The notes below the pieces were generated by a model. It was given only the letters and a program-made list of their open reading frames with translations, searched no databases and was not told the DNA's origin. The translations under genes were made by a program, and so were the position numbers. From the IMG/VR virus record IMGVR_UViG_3300025168_000033, positions 64,001-128,000 of that record: a DNA stretch of 64,000 nt; one strand, written 5' to 3'. Positions 1 through 10,420 of this stretch are shown one piece after another (position 1 is the stretch's first letter; every line of letters starts with the position of its first letter). The DNA comes from a virus.

Positions 1-30
1 ATTATATACCAGTCACATGTTATTGTTTCA
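1..30 (-). promoter_or_regulatory. Putative early/middle promoter TGAAAC-N18-TATAAT for a gene beyond the left edge
   Basis: Minus strand reads TGAAAC(30-25)-18 nt-TATAAT(6-1); the same spacing recurs at 7680-7709, 11214-11243, 16590-16619 and 32893-32922. Confidence 0.55.
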
Positions 31-38
31 AAACCCCT

Positions 39-63
39 AAAAAGCCTAGACGAATCTAGGCTT
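39..63 (-). terminator. Rho-independent terminator
   Basis: Minus strand AAGCCTAGA-TTCG-TCTAGGCTT stem with a UUCG loop running into a T-tract, just after the stop at 77. Confidence 0.8.
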
Positions 64-76
64 CTTGAGTATTTAA

Positions 77-373
77 TTATTTTTTCCAAATATAATATTC
101 AGCACCGTAATCTTCAAAGTAAATTATTTTGTTTTTAGCATCATAATCGGCTATACGTCCAGGAAAACCAAATGCTATATCATTTTCAGTTGCATTAAAC
201 ATTTTTTTAACTTTGTTATATGTAGCTATTTCATCGTCATCTTCATCTTGCGAACTAGCAATAAATGCTTGATTAGCTGATTTGATATTCAATTTTTTTA
301 GAACATACTTTATCTCACTGGGAAGAAAACTAGCATCATTTAATGTATAATTTCCTTTCAATGCTTCATTCAA
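77..373 (-). CDS. Hypothetical protein; probably a -1 frameshift extension of the upstream 420-aa ORF
   Basis: The only start is a TTG overlapping the upstream stop; it is preceded by an A9 run; it begins (S)LNEA, like the processing sites of the internal proteins. Confidence 0.6.
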   Translation of the reverse strand: MNEALKGNYTLNDASFLPSEIKYVLKKLNIKSANQAFIASSQDEDDDEIATYNKVKKMFNATENDIAFGFPGRIADYDAKNKIIYFEDYGAEYYIWKK

Positions 374-1632
374 GCTTTTTTTTTGAGTAAAGTAGATAAA
401 GAAGCTTGTTCATTATCTAAAGATTCCTTAATAATTACTTTAGCTTGATTCAATTCATCCGATTGTCCTATTTCTGTTTCAGCAGCATAAATATTACCAA
501 GTTGCTCATTTAAAAATGCAATTCTATCATTGATCAATTGTTTTGATTCGGAAATTTGTTCTTCAAATTTTTCTTCAGTTCCAAGTAATCCAACTACAAA
601 GTTAGAAACATCATAACATACAAATTCCTTTACCATTGCAACTGCATCAGTAGCTGTAGCTGAATCTAATGTATTAGACATCATTGATCTGTTAATTTTA
701 TTAACAAATATTGATTCATCCAATTTAACAACATTAGCTGTAACACCTTCATAATGATTAGATTTAATTGTAGTAATATTATCCATTTCTACAATTTTAT
801 TTGCATGTTGAGATGCAAAATCTATCATTTCTAAAATATGCATTTCATTAAGATAGAATGCACCAGATGCAGTAAGTGTGGATCTAACAGATCCTTCATC
901 AACTTTAGCACCATTAATAAAAGTTTCACAATTGTCTTCGTTTATAGCGATTTCTATTGCTTGATTTTTATGATTATATTTTAATCTATTGTCAACTATA
1001 TCAAATTTTTCACAGATCTGAACTAATTTATTGAATATTGGCGATGTAGCTTTATCACTTACAGTAATACCGTAATCATCCATTTCATATAAAGTTCCAT
1101 CCATTGCAAAAACAAAAGATTCGTCTTCATTAATTTCTACAGGACTATAAACCTTTCCAACTGTTACATCAGGATTTAATGAATCTACAGAATTTGTAGA
1201 AGATTCAACAACTGAAATTAGATTTTTAATTGCAGGAATCCATGTAGATTCTTGTAATGATATAATCAATTTGTCGGTATTTAATTCCTCAGCCATTAAT
1301 CCTTCTAGAATTGAAATAGCACCGTCGTAAGAATTGAATTTGTTATCCATTTTCATTCCTAATAATGTACTTTCTAATGTTAATTCAACATGATTAGAAT
1401 TAACATCGTTTCTTATTGAAGTACAGAATTCATTAATAGCATCGATCCAATCGTATACTTTAAATTCTCTTAACATGTTAGAGATTAATGAAGTTGTGTC
1501 TACATCATTTCTAAATTTAAATGCATTAGCATATTTCTTTATAATGTTATTTGAAGAATGATTCTCATCTAACATAGACTTTAAAACTTCTAGCTTGTTA
1601 ACTACATCTAGTTTTGTTCTGATATTTGTCAT
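370..1632 (-). CDS. Hypothetical acidic protein with a C-terminal coiled coil (possible head/virion protein)
   Basis: 420-aa ORF with a GATAAATAA motif upstream; no recognised family. Confidence 0.6.
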   Translation of the reverse strand: MTNIRTKLDVVNKLEVLKSMLDENHSSNNIIKKYANAFKFRNDVDTTSLISNMLREFKVYDWIDAINEFCTSIRNDVNSNHVELTLESTLLGMKMDNKFNSYDGAISILEGLMAEELNTDKLIISLQESTWIPAIKNLISVVESSTNSVDSLNPDVTVGKVYSPVEINEDESFVFAMDGTLYEMDDYGITVSDKATSPIFNKLVQICEKFDIVDNRLKYNHKNQAIEIAINEDNCETFINGAKVDEGSVRSTLTASGAFYLNEMHILEMIDFASQHANKIVEMDNITTIKSNHYEGVTANVVKLDESIFVNKINRSMMSNTLDSATATDAVAMVKEFVCYDVSNFVVGLLGTEEKFEEQISESKQLINDRIAFLNEQLGNIYAAETEIGQSDELNQAKVIIKESLDNEQASLSTLLKKKA

Positions 1633-1653
1633 TTTATATTGTTTTTATTTTAA

Positions 1654-1663
1654 TTATTTATCT
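1654..1663 (-). promoter_or_regulatory. T4-late-like promoter motif AGATAAATAA
   Basis: One of 15 GATAWATAA copies found just upstream of starts; resembles T4 late TATAAATA. Confidence 0.6.
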
Positions 1664-1680
1664 ATTGTTTGAGTGGTAAT

Positions 1681-2160
1681 TTATATGTCTAGTTCATCAG
1701 AATCCTCTTCCTCGTCTTCCTTTTCATCAGATTTTTTAGATTTTTCTGCATCTTCTTCATCATCTTTCTTTACGATACCTTTGATTTTTGCCATCTTTTC
1801 AATGTCATTGACTGCGTTTTGTAATGCAGTCTTTTTAGCTTCTGTGTCCGCTTCTGGAGCATCATCAGATTCTTTTTCATCTTCGGTTGGATCTTCCTTT
1901 TCCTTTTCATCTTCAGTATCATCATCAGCACCACTTAATAAATCATCTAATGATTCTTCATCCTCGTTTAATGATTCTTGGATACATCCACATGATGCTA
2001 ATGCTCCCATAATTTTAGCTTTAGGAATATTTAATATATCCAAATATGCATAAATTGCTTCATTAGTTTTACCTTCAGATTTTAGCTTGTTTACAATAGC
2101 AACTAGGTAATCTGCGGTAAAGCTTTCGTTTAAGAAATCCTTATAATTTTTAAGCTTCAT
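1681..2160 (-). CDS. Highly acidic putative internal head / prohead core protein with CTS-like leader
   Basis: Starts MKLKNYKDFLNES; internal IQESLNE; D/E-rich. Confidence 0.6.
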   Translation of the reverse strand: MKLKNYKDFLNESFTADYLVAIVNKLKSEGKTNEAIYAYLDILNIPKAKIMGALASCGCIQESLNEDEESLDDLLSGADDDTEDEKEKEDPTEDEKESDDAPEADTEAKKTALQNAVNDIEKMAKIKGIVKKDDEEDAEKSKKSDEKEDEEEDSDELDI

Positions 2161-2207
2161 CGTGTAATTGTTTTATTTAGTTTATATATTTAAGTTGTTC
2201 AGTCTTT

Positions 2208-3122
2208 TTATTGGGGTGCAGCACCACCTTTTGATTGTGAATTTGGCCAAGTCCCATTATCAATTTCTGGATCGTCAATTGAACTATTTGTAGATTTTTG
2301 ATTGCTTGTAACAGATTCAGATCCCATTTTAAATGTAGGATCTATATAAACTCCTGCGGCTGCTGTAGCTCCTAGTCCAGTAGCACCAATATTATCAAAG
2401 ACCGATATATGAACCATACGATTTCCATTAAACATTTCAGTATTCTCAGCACCAGTGAATCCATTTTTAGCATTTTTAAATACTGGATATGTTACATCGA
2501 CTTCAGTACTAAAGGTAATTTTAAATTCTTTTTTGTCTGATGCTCCTTCACTAAATTCAATATTTCTTTCTAACGCATTTGAATCAGACATACTAAACGA
2601 ACAAGGTAATCTAATACCCGCAACATTTATTTGAAAATTATTTGTTTTATATGTATTTCTTATTATTGATTCCAGCGCTTTAAATTGATCTAGAACAGTA
2701 TCAACAACAATAGTAACATCCATTGAAAGTTTAATTGGAATAGGAATAAATTCTGCATTATAGGTTTTAAGAACACCATTTTCAACCTGCTTATCATAGG
2801 TTCCGCGAACATATTGACTTGTATTTTTTGATGGATCAATATCAACACCACTCATATCTACGTGAGCTCGAGGAATTTGATTATAAACGGTTTCTGCTAC
2901 AGTACAATCTGGATCTGTCAAGATATCCTTTAAAAATATATCTTGCATAAATCTTTCATCTCCTGTAGTAGTAAAGAAAAAGGGAATATCAACTATTTCA
3001 GTTTCCGTATTTGATATTTTTTGTTCCCAACATATTCTATTTTGTAAATGTGCTAGAAATCCAACTATTATGTTTCTTAATAATACATCGTCTTTATTAA
3101 ATTCTAAATCGTATACTGACAT
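2208..3122 (-). CDS. gp15: Tail sheath stabiliser / tail completion protein (T4 gp15-like)
   Basis: VDIPF..ERF, QIPRAHVDMSGVDIDP and PIPIKLSMDVTI..LDQFKALESI pattern typical of gp15. Confidence 0.7.
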   Translation of the reverse strand: MSVYDLEFNKDDVLLRNIIVGFLAHLQNRICWEQKISNTETEIVDIPFFFTTTGDERFMQDIFLKDILTDPDCTVAETVYNQIPRAHVDMSGVDIDPSKNTSQYVRGTYDKQVENGVLKTYNAEFIPIPIKLSMDVTIVVDTVLDQFKALESIIRNTYKTNNFQINVAGIRLPCSFSMSDSNALERNIEFSEGASDKKEFKITFSTEVDVTYPVFKNAKNGFTGAENTEMFNGNRMVHISVFDNIGATGLGATAAAGVYIDPTFKMGSESVTSNQKSTNSSIDDPEIDNGTWPNSQSKGGAAPQ

Positions 3123-3135
3123 TAAATTGTTTATG

Positions 3136-3145
3136 TTATTTATCT
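3136..3145 (-). promoter_or_regulatory. T4-late-like promoter motif AGATAAATAA
   Basis: Upstream of the gp15-like gene. Confidence 0.6.
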
Positions 3146-4812
3146 TAATTCAATAATTCAATATCTAATTGTGAGAATCCACTGTCAAAATATACTTCAC
3201 CTCTACGATCAAATAATTCTATAGGTAATTCTGAATGATTAATAACCCATGAAATTAAATTAGATTCTCGTACAGTTTCTCTTAGAATTTTTAATATTTC
3301 ATGTCTTCCACTAGCATCTACAGATGATAATAATTCATCTAAGAAAAGTAGATTTAATTCAGGGTATCTTAATTTCATCAGCCTAATTAGTGCAATAATA
3401 ATGATAAAGTCAGACTTTTTTCTTTGACCACTGCTTAAGGTTTTTGCAGAAATTCGTGTTCCTAAATGTGTAATTATACAATCAAATTTTTCATCAAAAT
3501 AAATAGAATAAGGAAGATGCATTTGAGCCGCCATTTTTGTTATATTGGCATTTAATGAAGGTAATATAGATTTAACTGCTAAATTTTTAACTCCGTCATC
3601 ACCAAGAATAGATTCCAGAATTACTAGGAATGAATCTTCATTTGCATCTTTACCTTTTAATATATTTTTAGATTCTTTACTTTTTTCATTTTCTAATAAC
3701 AATTCATTTAAATGCTTAAATTTTGTATCATCATTCTCAACAGAATATTTTTTAAGATCAGCTATAACGGATTGTAACTTACGATTTAATTCAGCTAATT
3801 GAATTCTAAACTTTGATTCGAACTGCCTAAATTTTTGAATTTGTGATGTTGAATCTGTAAGTTCTTTATTTAAATCATCTTTCTTGACCTTACATTTCGT
3901 TAATGATTTACTGGTTTCATCTTTATTTTTAAGGTCATGTGTATCCCATGCTCGTTCACATGTTGGACAACAGTCATTATCATATAAATCAATCATTCGT
4001 TGTTTTTGACTTATTTCAGTATTTAATTTACCTAACGATGAATTGACTTCTTTATATTTTTCCTGTATTAATGCTTCTTTAGTTTTTAGCTTTTCTAGAT
4101 TTTCATTTACTAGTTTCTTATCTTCTACAAGCTTGGTTGCATCAATTTTTAATTGCGATATTAAAGACTTTTTATCTTCTTTTTGTTCTTCATTTAATGA
4201 TAATAATTTAGCTGAAATAGAATCTATTGATTGATTTATTATATTTAATTCATCATCATAAGTCTTAATAGAAGCCTTTAATTCGCGCCTTTCTAGCTTC
4301 ACAGAGTCTTTCATTTGATTTATAATACTGAATCCAAATAATCTATCAATAATATTTCGCTTATCACCAGGTGTCATTGTAAGAAATGATTTGAAATCTT
4401 CTATTGATAAAACAATAATATTTTTAAATACTTGAAACGGAATATCGTAGAATTCTGTTTCCAGATATTCTTGAACATTGCTTTTACCAGCTTGATCGTA
4501 TGGCTCGCCATCAATAAAAACATCAAATATTCCAGGTGATATTCCTCGAATAATTGTAAGCTTTCTACCTTTACATATAATATTAATTTGAACCCATAAT
4601 TCTTTATTGATTCTATTTGGAAGATCACTCATCTTCTTTCCATCAACTTTACCATAAAGAGCAAATGTAATTGCTTCAGCAATAGTAGATTTTCCATGGC
4701 CGTTTTCACCTATCAACAAATTTAATTCACCACCGGCCTGATTAAATTTAAGTGTTTGTGTATTATTACCGTAGCTGTTAAAATTTCTCCAGCTAATATC
4801 AAGAATTTTCAT
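3145..4812 (-). CDS. gp46: Recombination endonuclease ATPase subunit (gp46 / SbcC / Rad50)
   Basis: Walker A GENGHGKST, central coiled coil with CPTC zinc hook, LSSGQ signature, LFLDE Walker B. Confidence 0.95.
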   Translation of the reverse strand: MKILDISWRNFNSYGNNTQTLKFNQAGGELNLLIGENGHGKSTIAEAITFALYGKVDGKKMSDLPNRINKELWVQINIICKGRKLTIIRGISPGIFDVFIDGEPYDQAGKSNVQEYLETEFYDIPFQVFKNIIVLSIEDFKSFLTMTPGDKRNIIDRLFGFSIINQMKDSVKLERRELKASIKTYDDELNIINQSIDSISAKLLSLNEEQKEDKKSLISQLKIDATKLVEDKKLVNENLEKLKTKEALIQEKYKEVNSSLGKLNTEISQKQRMIDLYDNDCCPTCERAWDTHDLKNKDETSKSLTKCKVKKDDLNKELTDSTSQIQKFRQFESKFRIQLAELNRKLQSVIADLKKYSVENDDTKFKHLNELLLENEKSKESKNILKGKDANEDSFLVILESILGDDGVKNLAVKSILPSLNANITKMAAQMHLPYSIYFDEKFDCIITHLGTRISAKTLSSGQRKKSDFIIIIALIRLMKLRYPELNLLFLDELLSSVDASGRHEILKILRETVRESNLISWVINHSELPIELFDRRGEVYFDSGFSQLDIELLN

Positions 4813-5879
4813 ATTCGATCAGTTATTGTTTTATTGTAAAGACTAAATAATTTACTATTCAGCTTTTTCTTGGTTTCATCATCAACAGATAATTGTTCTA
4901 CATATTTCTCACATAAAGAGTAAATATTTAATGATTTGTCATAATCAACATTTATGTCTAATTCTTCTTCTTCATAAGCAACTACTTCCAATTTACTTGC
5001 AATATCATTTAGCTCATTAATTAAGCCGTTGATAGGATACTTTACAAGATATTCAGATTTAACATAAACATCAACAAAATTATTTTTACATTTTTCTTTT
5101 AGTTGTCCTATTGTTAGTTCATGACATTTATCAAGATATAATCTAATAAATTTAGGTGAATAATTATTTTCATAAAATTCAGTTTCGCTGGTTTCAAGAT
5201 TTAAACAGTGAATTCCTTTTCTGTTACCCGCATCGGATCTTGTCATTTGATATGGATTTCCAACAAATGTTACATTACCATTAGTTTGTGCATAATGAAT
5301 ATGACCAGAAAATACCCTTCGCAATTTTGAATATGCATTAATATCTGATCCATGTTCTATTAACCTTCTAGCATCAAATCGCATTCCAGAAATATTAGCA
5401 TGACAAAAACAATAATGTGCTTCAGTATATTCAAGTATGCAATCAACTTCATCCTGATGACTTTTTCTCCATGGCATTAATAGGATATTATGTTCATCAA
5501 TTTCAAGAATTGTAGGCTCTTTATGAATTGTAATATTTGGAAGATATTTTAAAACATCGATCGATGTAATATCATTAGAATTTTTTCTTAAGATATCATG
5601 ATTTCCTGCAATAATATGAATACCATCTTCAAATATTGCAGAAAGCTCTTCAAAAACTCGTAAACCTTTATTCATTACCAGTAGATTTAATGATTGTCTA
5701 TTATCAAATACATCACCACTATGAATAAGTATATCTCCCTTTTTATAATGTTTCTTGACTAGAGGAATAAAGAAATTATCAAAATAATTTATCATTCGAT
5801 CTAGCCATTCAATAGAATTATTTCTAGCACCTAAATGCGTGTCAGAAATAATCCAGATTTTAGGTTTATGATTTGTCAT
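4809..5879 (-). CDS. gp47: Recombination endonuclease nuclease subunit (gp47 / SbcD / Mre11)
   Basis: Metallophosphoesterase motifs SDTHLG, GDVFD, GNHD, SGHIH; adjacent to gp46. Confidence 0.95.
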   Translation of the reverse strand: MTNHKPKIWIISDTHLGARNNSIEWLDRMINYFDNFFIPLVKKHYKKGDILIHSGDVFDNRQSLNLLVMNKGLRVFEELSAIFEDGIHIIAGNHDILRKNSNDITSIDVLKYLPNITIHKEPTILEIDEHNILLMPWRKSHQDEVDCILEYTEAHYCFCHANISGMRFDARRLIEHGSDINAYSKLRRVFSGHIHYAQTNGNVTFVGNPYQMTRSDAGNRKGIHCLNLETSETEFYENNYSPKFIRLYLDKCHELTIGQLKEKCKNNFVDVYVKSEYLVKYPINGLINELNDIASKLEVVAYEEEELDINVDYDKSLNIYSLCEKYVEQLSVDDETKKKLNSKLFSLYNKTITDRI

Positions 5880-5893
5880 TATAATTTGTTATT

Positions 5894-6355
5894 TTAAAAT
5901 AATTTACCGCCTATTTTTTTAGTTACGGTATCATCACCATATTCCAATTCTTCAATTAATTTTTGTTTAAATGTATTGGAAAGTGAATCATAAAACTTAT
6001 GATAATTAATATCAAAATATTCAGATAACATTGAAAAAATTTGAATTTTGGATACTTTTGGAATTTTATTTACTACAAAAGAATATAGTTTATTGATTTC
6101 TGCTTTACTTAATTTTTTGTATTTTCCTTCATCATTAGGTTTATTTAAAGATTCAAAATCCGATCCAAGTATACAATTTTCAATTTTAGTATAAATTAAA
6201 TCATGATCAATTTGATCTTCCATTGACATTTCAGTATCTACACTTGAGTCAATAACAAAATCAATTTTTGTTGTGCTAATATCCGTAGATTCATATGAAT
6301 TATCGAATATTTTTTTAACATTTACTTCACTTGTACCCTTTTTCTTTTTTGCCAT
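5894..6355 (-). CDS. Hypothetical protein, possibly a gp33-like late-transcription co-activator
   Basis: Helical C-terminal half loosely like gp33; ends in ..GKLF, a possible clamp-binding tail. The functional call is weak. Confidence 0.4.
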   Translation of the reverse strand: MAKKKKGTSEVNVKKIFDNSYESTDISTTKIDFVIDSSVDTEMSMEDQIDHDLIYTKIENCILGSDFESLNKPNDEGKYKKLSKAEINKLYSFVVNKIPKVSKIQIFSMLSEYFDINYHKFYDSLSNTFKQKLIEELEYGDDTVTKKIGGKLF

Positions 6356-6357
6356 TT

Positions 6358-7662
6358 TTATGCGTCGTTATCATCTGTTATTAATGAGTCGGTTTCAATT
6401 AATCGCATATATTCATATAGAATATTATACATTTTGCGATAACCTCGACCATGACCATCCCTGATTTTCAGGATTTTTAGCCAGTAAATTCGATCCCTAT
6501 GTTGATCCGATGTTTGAATAATTCCATAAATCATATCAGCCGTATGAGATAATCCAGCGGATTCAGCAATATGAGAAAGTGTAAGTTCAGAAGAATCATA
6601 ACCACCACGAGTAATTTGAGTTGCAGTAATTATTAACCAATCATTTCTTACAGCCATTGCACGTAAATCTTCCGCAATTTGTTTAATTTTCATGTAAGTA
6701 TTTTCCGTATTAGGGTTACGGTAATTAGCTAAAATATTGATGTAATCAATTACAATTGCTTTTAATTTTATTCCTTTAGTATCTTCAAGGTCTTTTAAAT
6801 AGGATTCAATATCAGGAACCGTAGCTTGTGATGTAGGATATTCTTTAACAAATAATTGACCTGGTGGAATTATTCCACCACCAACAGCTTGTAATCGTGA
6901 TTTCATATAAGCTGTATCAACAGATTTCTTATCATAATCATCCATTGAAATATTAAGAAGATTAGATCCGATTCTTTTCATTACTTTTCTATCAGCCATT
7001 TCAGCAGATATAAAAGCAACATTATGACCTGCTTTTACAAAGTTAGATGCATCATTAGCAAGCCAAATAGATTTTCCTATATTTTGTTCACCTGCATATA
7101 CAATTAATGTTTTTGCATCGTATCCACCACCAGTACAATTATTTATGAATTCATGGCCTGAATCTATTTTTGGATATTTTCTTTGAGTATGTGAATCTAT
7201 ATCAAAGAAAGATAAGCCAAGATTATTATCAAAATTGACATTGTTTCGTGTTAAAATAATATCTTTAACCTTAGCAATAATGCTATGAACATTATCTGGA
7301 TTTACTTTTGTTGTTTTAACAAATTCAATTGTATCAATTAATGATGCATCAAGATTTTTCCAAAGAATCCATGATTCAGCTGTTTCCTGTAACCAATTGT
7401 CATCATAATCAGATAATTTACTATCAAAGATTAAATCTACAATATTGTCTTTTATTTTGTCAGGATATTTACTTTTAACAATAGCTTTTACTTGTTCTCG
7501 TGTAGGAGTTTCTTTAAATCTTTCGTAAAATGCTTTTGTAATATATGATAGTGTTTCTAGATCAGGATTGTCGTAAAATGATTTCTTTACGGATTTAAGA
7601 TACTTTGGATTTTTAATAGTGTATATGTAAAATATTTTTTCAAAGTCGTTAGATTGTATCAT
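6358..7662 (-). CDS. gp41: Replicative DnaB-like helicase (T4 gp41-like)
   Basis: GEQNIGKS Walker A, ISAEM, IVIDYINI, TATQITR, IAESAGL..TAD motifs. Confidence 0.93.
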   Translation of the reverse strand: MIQSNDFEKIFYIYTIKNPKYLKSVKKSFYDNPDLETLSYITKAFYERFKETPTREQVKAIVKSKYPDKIKDNIVDLIFDSKLSDYDDNWLQETAESWILWKNLDASLIDTIEFVKTTKVNPDNVHSIIAKVKDIILTRNNVNFDNNLGLSFFDIDSHTQRKYPKIDSGHEFINNCTGGGYDAKTLIVYAGEQNIGKSIWLANDASNFVKAGHNVAFISAEMADRKVMKRIGSNLLNISMDDYDKKSVDTAYMKSRLQAVGGGIIPPGQLFVKEYPTSQATVPDIESYLKDLEDTKGIKLKAIVIDYINILANYRNPNTENTYMKIKQIAEDLRAMAVRNDWLIITATQITRGGYDSSELTLSHIAESAGLSHTADMIYGIIQTSDQHRDRIYWLKILKIRDGHGRGYRKMYNILYEYMRLIETDSLITDDNDA

Positions 7663-7679
7663 ATAATTTGAATTTAATT

Positions 7680-7709
7680 ATTTTATTTCATAAATAGTCA
7701 TTTGTTTCA
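7680..7709 (-). promoter_or_regulatory. Putative early/middle promoter TGAAAC-N18-TAAAAT
   Basis: Same spacing as the other copies; upstream of the helicase start. Confidence 0.45.
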
Positions 7710-8011
7710 AATCGAAGATATCTATTATGTTGTGTTTCCTTTGGAACTGTAAGTATGCCATCAATTAACATTTTTTCAATTATAGGTTCAAGCTTGCTAG
7801 CTTTTAATCCTGTTAAAGCTTCCGCATTTTGAATTGTAAAAACTGGATTTGAAATATCATCTATTGAAGTATGATTTTTTATATGAGCCCGACCACCATC
7901 TTGATAGTACCATTTTGAGACCTCATAGCAAAGATCTTCCGGTGTTGGATATTCCGGAAGATCTTTATACATTGAGATTAAATGTTTGACTTTAATCTTG
8001 TCTTTATTCAT
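7688..8011 (-). CDS. Hypothetical protein, possible winged-helix DNA-binding domain
   Basis: AEALTGLKASKLEPIIEKMLIDGILTV has a wHTH-like pattern. Confidence 0.5.
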   Translation of the reverse strand: MNKDKIKVKHLISMYKDLPEYPTPEDLCYEVSKWYYQDGGRAHIKNHTSIDDISNPVFTIQNAEALTGLKASKLEPIIEKMLIDGILTVPKETQHNRYLRFETNDYL

Positions 8012-9227
8012 TATTATCGTCTATTTCTTCGTTTAGCATTGCATCTATTTCAGTACCAAGGTGATCGTCCAGATGACCAAATTCAAACATTGGCTTTATT
8101 ACTTTTTCATCTAGTTCATCAATTATAGGTTCCCATACTTCAGGCTTAAATAATTCTGATGCTTTACGAGCTTCACCTAAATGACGAATAACATATTTTT
8201 GTGCTGTTGCTTTTGGATAGAAATAAAAGATTTCACCTTTATGTTCAAATTTATAGTTGTTTTCTTCAGCTTGAATTTTTTCCGCATCAGTCCATTTAGC
8301 ATATTGTTTTTCTGTAAAGATATTTCCTCTACCTATTCCACAATTTTCCCATGACATAAATTCATGAAGACCGATATATGGATTCATACCTTTCTTAAAA
8401 TCAATATGAATCTTAACATTATGTGGTTGAGCAAATCGATTCTTCCAGCATTTAGATGTTAAAATCATACCAGTTTGTCTTTTTGCATCATCTTTATCTT
8501 CTTTTAATTTTGCTTTTGAATAGCAAGAAATAATAGAAGCAGAATATTTTAATCCTTCACCACCACCCATAACGACTGGATCACCATAGCCACCGATGTT
8601 TACACCAATGTGATTAGTTAACACAAATGGCACTTTACAACCAGTCAAATCATTTGTAATAATTCTAAATAAGGATCTAATTTTCTTAGCTCTTGTCATG
8701 TCGGATTTATCAGATCCACTCATGGCATCTTCTATTTCCTTTGTAGTTGCTAACATTCCAAGTGAATCTAATGCAATAAATATTTTAGGTAATTCACCAC
8801 CACTCATTTTTACATCAATCAATGTTTTAGTTACAGTAGTAATTGATGTTCTAAATTTATCAATATCAGAAATAGGTTCATGCTGGAATTTATTAGGGTC
8901 TATGCCAAATGTTTTTGCCATATCTCTATCCACTGCACCTTCCGTGTCATAATAAATTATTGTATATCCCATGTCCTGTGCCTGCTTACATAGATTTAAT
9001 AAAACAAAAGTTTTACCTGCACCGGATTCACCAGCAAGACATATTGATCGATTATTTGGTATTCCTTTTCTTAAGCTTCCAGTTAAAGTTGCATTAAGAA
9101 TATAATTACCGGTACTAATAAATTCAGAAGGTAATGCAAAATCCGATGTAGCAAGTGAATCACCAAATGGATTTATTTTTTTCATCTCTTTAAAAAGATC
9201 TGTTACTGTTATGTTTTTCTTTGCCAT
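8004..9227 (-). CDS. uvsX: RecA-like recombinase UvsX
   Basis: AGESGAGKT, YYDTEGA, IALDSLG, DMTRAK, TNH, MGGGEG motifs. Confidence 0.95.
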   Translation of the reverse strand: MAKKNITVTDLFKEMKKINPFGDSLATSDFALPSEFISTGNYILNATLTGSLRKGIPNNRSICLAGESGAGKTFVLLNLCKQAQDMGYTIIYYDTEGAVDRDMAKTFGIDPNKFQHEPISDIDKFRTSITTVTKTLIDVKMSGGELPKIFIALDSLGMLATTKEIEDAMSGSDKSDMTRAKKIRSLFRIITNDLTGCKVPFVLTNHIGVNIGGYGDPVVMGGGEGLKYSASIISCYSKAKLKEDKDDAKRQTGMILTSKCWKNRFAQPHNVKIHIDFKKGMNPYIGLHEFMSWENCGIGRGNIFTEKQYAKWTDAEKIQAEENNYKFEHKGEIFYFYPKATAQKYVIRHLGEARKASELFKPEVWEPIIDELDEKVIKPMFEFGHLDDHLGTEIDAMLNEEIDDNNE

Positions 9228-9246
9228 AATTTAATTTAATTTAGAT

Positions 9247-10419
9247 TTAAAAAAGTGCTGTTGTATAAACAAGATTTCTATTTAATTGTGGTAATCCAGA
9301 AGGGACTATTATTCGATTAAGAGGTTCAAGAATAAATTTTTCAAATTGCTTTTCATATGATATTTGTGCAGCAAATTCATAAGGATAATCCCCAGCTATA
9401 TAAGCAAAGACATTACAAAATGGATCATCTGTATGATAGAATCTAATCTTTTGGCCTGACGTAATTAACTGATATTTATTTTTGTATTTTGAATTATTTA
9501 ATAGATAATTGTAGTATCCACCAGCCCTAACATGAAAAGGACATTTTGATGCTATTTGAAATTCTGTTTTATCATCAATTATGTATTTCTTATAGTTTGA
9601 TATTGACCGATTTGCGCTTATATCTTCAATGTTAGCCATCTTAAATTCATCTTTAATATCCTTTAGAACTCCTATAAGCTTATCGGATCTTAATTCATCC
9701 TGAGCAAATATCCAGGAAACAAGATCTTTTAGTTTTTTACGAGCAAATGACGGTGTAGAAGATTGAATTAATTCCAGACCTTTTGCTTTTATTGAAGATA
9801 AATTATCATAATGCTTACCATCTTTCCAGATTATATTTTGAACATATTTCTTTTTAGCTACCCATATTCCGTTAGTTGCTATAGTTTCAAGTTCAAAATT
9901 TAAGAAGTTTTCTGAATTATGCTTGTTTGCATAAATTTCAAAACATTTATTTAAGTAAGGACCTAAACGATATTCATTAAGCTTTAGAATAAAATCGATA
10001 ATGCCACCAGACCAGTTAACCGCTTTCATTGCTTCATTAAAAACTAAATAACCTGAATCCGTATCTGTATAAATCCATACAGATTCTTTCATCGACGGTA
10101 ATGGCTTATCATTATCTAATCCTAATATTTTATGCAATTTATAATCAGTTGGCCAAAAGTCCTTGAAATATCGTTGAACACATTTTTCAGAATATTTAAT
10201 AGCATCTTGACCTTGTAATGTAATTGCTTCAGCAATATTTAAATTAAAGAAGTGAAAATATTCATTAGCAAAGGCTCCATAAATACTGTTAATTATAAGT
10301 TTTATGGCTTGTTCCTGTGTAGAGCAATCTAAAGATTCATTTTCTAGTTGAATAATATATTCCGATAATTCAGCTTTAGTCATTCCACTAACATCCAAGA
10401 TATTAGCAAATTCAGTCAT
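9247..10419 (-). CDS. gp43B: Family B DNA polymerase, C-terminal subunit (second finger helix, palm motifs B/C, thumb) of a split gp43
   Basis: KLIINSIYGAF (motif B), YTDTDS (motif C), KKKY, KGLE..SSTP; lacks the exonuclease domain and motif A. Confidence 0.92.
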   Translation of the reverse strand: MTEFANILDVSGMTKAELSEYIIQLENESLDCSTQEQAIKLIINSIYGAFANEYFHFFNLNIAEAITLQGQDAIKYSEKCVQRYFKDFWPTDYKLHKILGLDNDKPLPSMKESVWIYTDTDSGYLVFNEAMKAVNWSGGIIDFILKLNEYRLGPYLNKCFEIYANKHNSENFLNFELETIATNGIWVAKKKYVQNIIWKDGKHYDNLSSIKAKGLELIQSSTPSFARKKLKDLVSWIFAQDELRSDKLIGVLKDIKDEFKMANIEDISANRSISNYKKYIIDDKTEFQIASKCPFHVRAGGYYNYLLNNSKYKNKYQLITSGQKIRFYHTDDPFCNVFAYIAGDYPYEFAAQISYEKQFEKFILEPLNRIIVPSGLPQLNRNLVYTTALF

Positions 10420-10420
10420 A

